Of a stretch of DNA of 64,000 nucleotides, positions 59,207 to 64,000 are shown one piece after another; position 1 is the first letter of the stretch; the number at the start of each line of letters is the position of its first letter. The position numbers and the translations under genes are program-made. The notes beneath the pieces are model-generated. The model searched no databases. It saw only the letters and a list, made by a program, of their open reading frames with translations, and had not been told where the DNA came from. The DNA is from an uncultured Bacilli bacterium (lineage in GTDB: Bacteria > Bacillota_I > Bacilli_A > RFN20 > CAG-826): NCBI GenBank assembly GCA_944358985.1, contig CALVSI010000004.1:28102-92101 (forward strand), in the 5' to 3' direction.

Positions 59207-61804
59207 CTATTTAGCGTCATACCATGTTTTTCCATATCCACCTGAACAAGTTAATTTAACTTTTAAGGGGTAGGCGTTTTCCATTGCGTTTTTTATAAGT
59301 GGATATACTTTATCTAATTCATCTTTGTAAACTTTAAAAATAAGTTCGTCGTGAATTTGCAACACTAATTTGCTTTTAAAGTTATTCTCTTTTAAGATAT
59401 TTTCAATCTTAATCATAGCTATTTTAATTATGTCCGCGGCGGAACCTTGTATAGGTGCATTCATCGCTGCTCGTTTTGCAAATTCTCTTTGTTGGTAATT
59501 TAATGCATTAATTTCTCTTAAATATCTTCGACGATTGCAAATTGTTTGAACATAGCCATTCGTTTTGGCATTTTCAACAATTTGATTTAAAAGCTTTGCA
59601 ATTTCCGGATAATTTATGAAAAAATTATTAATAATAGTGTTTGCTTCTTTAACGGAAACATTAATTTGAGTCGCTAATCCCCAATCACTGATTCCATAAA
59701 CGATGCCAAAATTAACCGCTTTTGCTTTTTGACGTTGTAGATTTGTTGGATTATCGCATTTAAAGACAACTCGTGCAGTGTAAGAATGAATATCTTCATT
59801 ATGATTAAAAGCGTCAATCATTAAAGGACAATTAGATAAACTCGCTAAAATGCGAAGTTCAATTTGGCTATAATCCAAAGATAGAATATAAACATCTTCA
59901 TCTTGATAATAAAATGCTTTTCTTATCGTTTTAGCTTCTTCATCGCGTATAGTTATATTTTGTAAATTTGGATTTGAAGATGAAAGGCGACCAGTTGTAG
60001 TTAAAGCTTGATTAAACATTGCATGTATTTTTCCATCTTTATGAATGTGATTTAATAAACCATCAATATAAGTCGAAGTTAATTTAAAATATTTGCGATA
60101 TTCAATTAATTTTCCAATAATAGGATGATATTTTTCTAGTTGATTTAATACTTCTATTGAAGTTGAATAATTTTTAGTATTTGGCAATTTTAATTTATCA
60201 AAAAGAATTTCACCAATTTGTTTTGGACTTGATAAATTAAATTTTTCACCAGCGAGTTTAAAAATTTCTTCTTTCAATGTTTCTTGCTTTTCTTTAAATT
60301 GATTGCCTATTTCAATTAACTTTTCTTTGTTAAGAGGAAACCCTTCAATTTCCATGTCTGCAAGAACAAAACTTAAAGGCATTTCAATGTTATAAAATAA
60401 GTCTAAGGCATTAATATTTTTTAGTTCTTCTAAAGCCTTTTCTTTAATATCCAAACAACTTTTAGCAATTTTAATTGTCTTTTTAATATTGCTAGTGGCT
60501 AATAAAGACATCTCTTCATCACTAGAAATATCAAAACCAAAACTTGTTAATACTGGATAGGGATCATTGCTTGATATACTTGCATCGATTAAATACGCAG
60601 CAATTAATACATCAAAATCAACGCCTCTTAAAACAATATTCATTTTATTTAAAATGATTAAATTGGCTTTTAAATTGTAAACGGATTTTTTAATATTATC
60701 GTCTTGCATAATATTTTTAAAATAGATATCTTTGCAAGCATCTTTATAGTCTATGTAATAATAATTGTTTTCATCATAAATAGCAAAACCATAAATTGGA
60801 TCTAAAAAATAATTATCATAACTATAATCAATAGCAAAACCAATTCGATTTGATATACTAATGTCTTTAAAAGATTTAATAGTTTCAATTTGAAAATCTT
60901 TGTCATCTAATGATGTTATTTTCCATTGTTTTGGAAGTTTATTTAAAAATTGTCGTAATTCATAGCGAAGGCAAAATGTGTTAACTTTTTCAAAGTTATA
61001 ACCTTTATAAATGCAATCATCAACATCAAAATCGATATCTACATCGCAATCAATGACCGCTAATTCTTTACAAAGGCGTCCTTCTTCTTGACCTTGTTTT
61101 AACAAAAGTCCAGTTTTTCCTTTAATGTTATCAGCGTTTTTAATAATATTTTCAAAATCGTGATATTGTTGAATTAATTTAATCGCGGTAATTTCTCCAA
61201 TACCTTTAATTCCGCTAAGATTATCACTAGGGTCACCTCTTAATCCTTTATAATCAATAATTTGTTTTGGTTCAAAACCAAATTTTTCGATAATTGTTTG
61301 AGGAGTCATGATGTCAATATCAGATAATCCTTTTTTTAATAAATAAATTGATACTTTATCACTTGCTAATTGTAAATAGTCTTTATCGGATGTATATACA
61401 ATGACATTATATCCTTGCTGTTGAGCTTTTTTAGCCATAGTTCCCGCTAAATCATCAGCTTCAAACCCGTGTTTTTCATAATAAAATATTCCTAAAGATT
61501 TCAAAAATTCTCTAGCAAGAGGAAATTGTACAATAAGTGGTTCCGGCAACGGCTTACGATTCGCTTTGTATGTTTCTAATTTTTCTTTTCGAAAAGTTTG
61601 TTTATCCATATCAAAAGCTACAAATAAGCCTTCGCCTTTTTTTAATTGATACAATATTTTATTAATCATATTAGCGAAAGCAAAAAGTGCATTAGTGTAA
61701 ATACCATCTTTTGTTTGCATTAAACTATTTTGCGAATACGCTGTTGCATAGTATGCACGAAATAGCAAAGAATTTCCATCGATTATTGTTAATTTCTTTT
61801 CCAT
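59207..61804 (-). CDS. polA: DNA polymerase I
   Basis: 5' nuclease N-terminus and family A polymerase motifs (DYSQIELR, QIHDELIF); 865 aa. Confidence 0.95.
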   Translation of the reverse strand: MEKKLTIIDGNSLLFRAYYATAYSQNSLMQTKDGIYTNALFAFANMINKILYQLKKGEGLFVAFDMDKQTFRKEKLETYKANRKPLPEPLIVQFPLAREFLKSLGIFYYEKHGFEADDLAGTMAKKAQQQGYNVIVYTSDKDYLQLASDKVSIYLLKKGLSDIDIMTPQTIIEKFGFEPKQIIDYKGLRGDPSDNLSGIKGIGEITAIKLIQQYHDFENIIKNADNIKGKTGLLLKQGQEEGRLCKELAVIDCDVDIDFDVDDCIYKGYNFEKVNTFCLRYELRQFLNKLPKQWKITSLDDKDFQIETIKSFKDISISNRIGFAIDYSYDNYFLDPIYGFAIYDENNYYYIDYKDACKDIYFKNIMQDDNIKKSVYNLKANLIILNKMNIVLRGVDFDVLIAAYLIDASISSNDPYPVLTSFGFDISSDEEMSLLATSNIKKTIKIAKSCLDIKEKALEELKNINALDLFYNIEMPLSFVLADMEIEGFPLNKEKLIEIGNQFKEKQETLKEEIFKLAGEKFNLSSPKQIGEILFDKLKLPNTKNYSTSIEVLNQLEKYHPIIGKLIEYRKYFKLTSTYIDGLLNHIHKDGKIHAMFNQALTTTGRLSSSNPNLQNITIRDEEAKTIRKAFYYQDEDVYILSLDYSQIELRILASLSNCPLMIDAFNHNEDIHSYTARVVFKCDNPTNLQRQKAKAVNFGIVYGISDWGLATQINVSVKEANTIINNFFINYPEIAKLLNQIVENAKTNGYVQTICNRRRYLREINALNYQQREFAKRAAMNAPIQGSAADIIKIAMIKIENILKENNFKSKLVLQIHDELIFKVYKDELDKVYPLIKNAMENAYPLKVKLTCSGGYGKTWYDAK

Positions 61805-61806
61805 AT

Positions 61807-64000
61807 TTATTCCTCTAATAATTTCACATTTTTAACAACATATGATGTGTTATTGCGGAACACATTTTTATAAATATCAAAAACGACGATATTATTCTTT
61901 TTTATTATTTGAATATTGTTTTGATATGTGTCACTAAAAATTGTAAGTTCCATTTCTTTTGTTTCATCAAATATTTTAACAAACGCCATTGGCTGTTGCT
62001 TTTTAGTTTGGATAATTTTTATCGATTTAATTATTCCGCATACTCGTGAATAATTTTCTTTTAGTGCTTCGTTTATTGAAACAACTTTTTCTTTTAACAA
62101 AAGATCTTTTTTAAATTTTAACGGATTATTAGAAAGCATTATGCCTAAAACATCATATTCATTTTGCAAATTTTCGATAGGATCATCATTGATTTTAGCC
62201 ATAATAGGTGGCGGTAAAAAGTCAATATTTAAAGATAATTGACCGTTATTATCACAAATAATTGAAGCATATTGCATGTATGATGAAATACTTGCTTTAA
62301 TTGATGCTCGCGAAGGATATAAATTATCAAGACAACCAGAATCACATAATTTTGAATATTGAATTTCGCTTATCTTAAATTGATATGTTCGAATCATAAA
62401 ATCTAAAAAGTCTTTATATAAGCCATTTTTATTTCTTTCATCAATAATGTTTTTGCAAATATCTTTATTAACACCTTTTATTAATGTTAAAGGAAACAAT
62501 AAATTATTGTCTAAAATGATAAATGATGTGTCGCTTTTATTAATGTCGGGTTTTAATAAATGAATATTATTTAGCGACATTTCTTCAACATAATCGAGAA
62601 ATTTAGAATCGTTTGTCGTATTAGAAAATCTTAAAATAGTTTCATAAAAACAAAGTGGATAATGGGCTTTTAAATACGCCATCTGGCAAGCGACGATTGC
62701 ATAGCCAACAGAATGAGATTTATTAAAGCCATAACTTGCAAATTTTAAAATATGATTAAATACATCGTTAGCGACATTTTTTGAATAACCATTTTTAGTT
62801 GAACCATTAATAAATTTTTCTTGCATTTTTTTAATTTCATCAAAATTTTTCTTTGATATAGCGCTTCTAAAGATATCTGCCTCAGCCAGAGAAAAATTAG
62901 CCATTTTTTGTGCAATTAAAATAATTTGTTCTTGATAAACAATTATTCCATATGTCTCTTTTAAAATATCTTTTAAGTCATCGCTGATATAATTTATTTT
63001 TTCTATTCCTTGTTTTCTTTTTGCATAAATAGGTATTGACTCCATAGGTCCAGGTCTAAATAAAGCAAGAAGTGCAACAACATCATTGAAACAATTTGGT
63101 TTTAAAATTTTAATGGCGTTTTTCATTCCAGAACTTTCCAATTGGAAAACGCCCATTGTCATATTTTGCGAAATTAATTTGAAAGTTTTTTCATCATCAT
63201 ATGGCAAATTAAATTTATCAAGTTTTGTATCTTTGTAAGTAGAATTGATTAAATCAACGCAGTCGCTTATAATAGTTAAATTTTTCAAACCTAATAAATC
63301 CATTTTTAAATAGCCTTGTTCTTGCAAATAGTCCATTTCATATTGACTAATGTAGTTGTCTTGAAAATCTTTGATAATTGGTAAAGAAAATTCAATAGGG
63401 GTATTATTTAAAATTATACCAGCAGCGTGTAAACCGCTTTGACGAGGAAGATTTTCAATTTTAGAAGCAAGCGAAACAATATTTAAATAATAGGAATCGC
63501 TATCGACAATATCTTTGAAAACTTTGCTTGTTTTATAAGATTGTCTTAATGATAATTTTGGATTAATTAAACGAGAAGACAATAAATCAATATCGTGAGT
63601 TTTAAAATTATAAATGCGGCCAATATCTCTTAAGGATTGTTTTGCTAATATTGTAGAAAAAGTAATAATATTTGCAACTTTGTTTTTGCCATATTTCTCT
63701 TTTAAATATGCAATAACTTCATCTCTTCGTGTGTCCATAAAATCGATATCTATATCTGGCATTTTTTTACGAGATGGATTCAAAAATCTTTCAAAAAGTA
63801 AGTTGTATTTCAAAGGATCAATTTTAGTTATTCCAAGCAAATAAGAAACCAAAGATCCCGCTGCAGAGCCTCTTCCAGGACCCACTAATATCGACTTACT
63901 TCTAGCGAACTTAACATAGTCGCTGACAATTAAAAAATAATCAGAAAATCCCATAGATATGATTACATCTAATTCATAATTAAGCCTTTTTAAATATTCT
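61807..64000 (-). CDS. dnaE: DNA polymerase III alpha subunit DnaE, C-terminal ~730 aa; N-terminus lies outside the window
   Basis: MGFSDYFLIVSDYV and GPGRGSAAGSLV motifs. The frame stays open upstream of 63954 to the window edge (..RLNYELDVIIS). Confidence 0.93.
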   Translation of the reverse strand, partial: EYLKRLNYELDVIISMGFSDYFLIVSDYVKFARSKSILVGPGRGSAAGSLVSYLLGITKIDPLKYNLLFERFLNPSRKKMPDIDIDFMDTRRDEVIAYLKEKYGKNKVANIITFSTILAKQSLRDIGRIYNFKTHDIDLLSSRLINPKLSLRQSYKTSKVFKDIVDSDSYYLNIVSLASKIENLPRQSGLHAAGIILNNTPIEFSLPIIKDFQDNYISQYEMDYLQEQGYLKMDLLGLKNLTIISDCVDLINSTYKDTKLDKFNLPYDDEKTFKLISQNMTMGVFQLESSGMKNAIKILKPNCFNDVVALLALFRPGPMESIPIYAKRKQGIEKINYISDDLKDILKETYGIIVYQEQIILIAQKMANFSLAEADIFRSAISKKNFDEIKKMQEKFINGSTKNGYSKNVANDVFNHILKFASYGFNKSHSVGYAIVACQMAYLKAHYPLCFYETILRFSNTTNDSKFLDYVEEMSLNNIHLLKPDINKSDTSFIILDNNLLFPLTLIKGVNKDICKNIIDERNKNGLYKDFLDFMIRTYQFKISEIQYSKLCDSGCLDNLYPSRASIKASISSYMQYASIICDNNGQLSLNIDFLPPPIMAKINDDPIENLQNEYDVLGIMLSNNPLKFKKDLLLKEKVVSINEALKENYSRVCGIIKSIKIIQTKKQQPMAFVKIFDETKEMELTIFSDTYQNNIQIIKKNNIVVFDIYKNVFRNNTSYVVKNVKLLEE

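Overview
Visibly AT-rich bacterial chromosomal segment read with the standard code. TGA is a stop codon, as shown by four ATGA start/stop overlaps. Gene content and order fit a small-genome Bacillota/Mycoplasmatota lineage (Acholeplasma- or Erysipelotrichia-like); the taxon is inference only. About 57 protein genes are present and almost all are housekeeping: glpK, addBA, a complete F1Fo atpIBEFHAGDC operon, PPi- and ATP-dependent phosphofructokinases, ppa, gmk-priA-rsmB-like-rlmN-stp-prkC-rpe, glgCDA, leuS, coaX, trmB, tyrS, rpsD, ezrA, nifZ-thiI, rplT-rpmI-infC, thrS, Bacillus-type dnaB-dnaI, an fpg-coaE fusion, polA and part of dnaE. Several blocks match Bacillus subtilis gene order as I remember it. 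RNA elements supported are a Thr T-box upstream of thrS, an L20-leader-like attenuator upstream of infC, and four intrinsic terminators. I saw no rRNA, tRNA, CRISPR array, IS/transposase, integrase or phage genes, and no multi-gene block of unknowns. I therefore cannot point to a convincing novel multi-gene system; the window is mostly ordinary core genome. The best follow-up candidates are: (1) an uncharacterised 367-aa protein translationally coupled to addA; (2) an ATP synthase c subunit with a Na+-type two-carboxylate signature; (3) an in-frame ECF S-component/PepV fusion coupled to coaX; (4) a DnaA-box-like triplet upstream of dnaB-dnaI; (5) an RsmB-like protein lacking both catalytic cysteines; (6) an Fpg-CoaE fusion; (7) recurrent SD-less genes with a -10 element 6-9 nt before the ATG, suggesting leaderless mRNAs; (8) convergent genes that either share overlapping stop codons or have a bidirectional hairpin.
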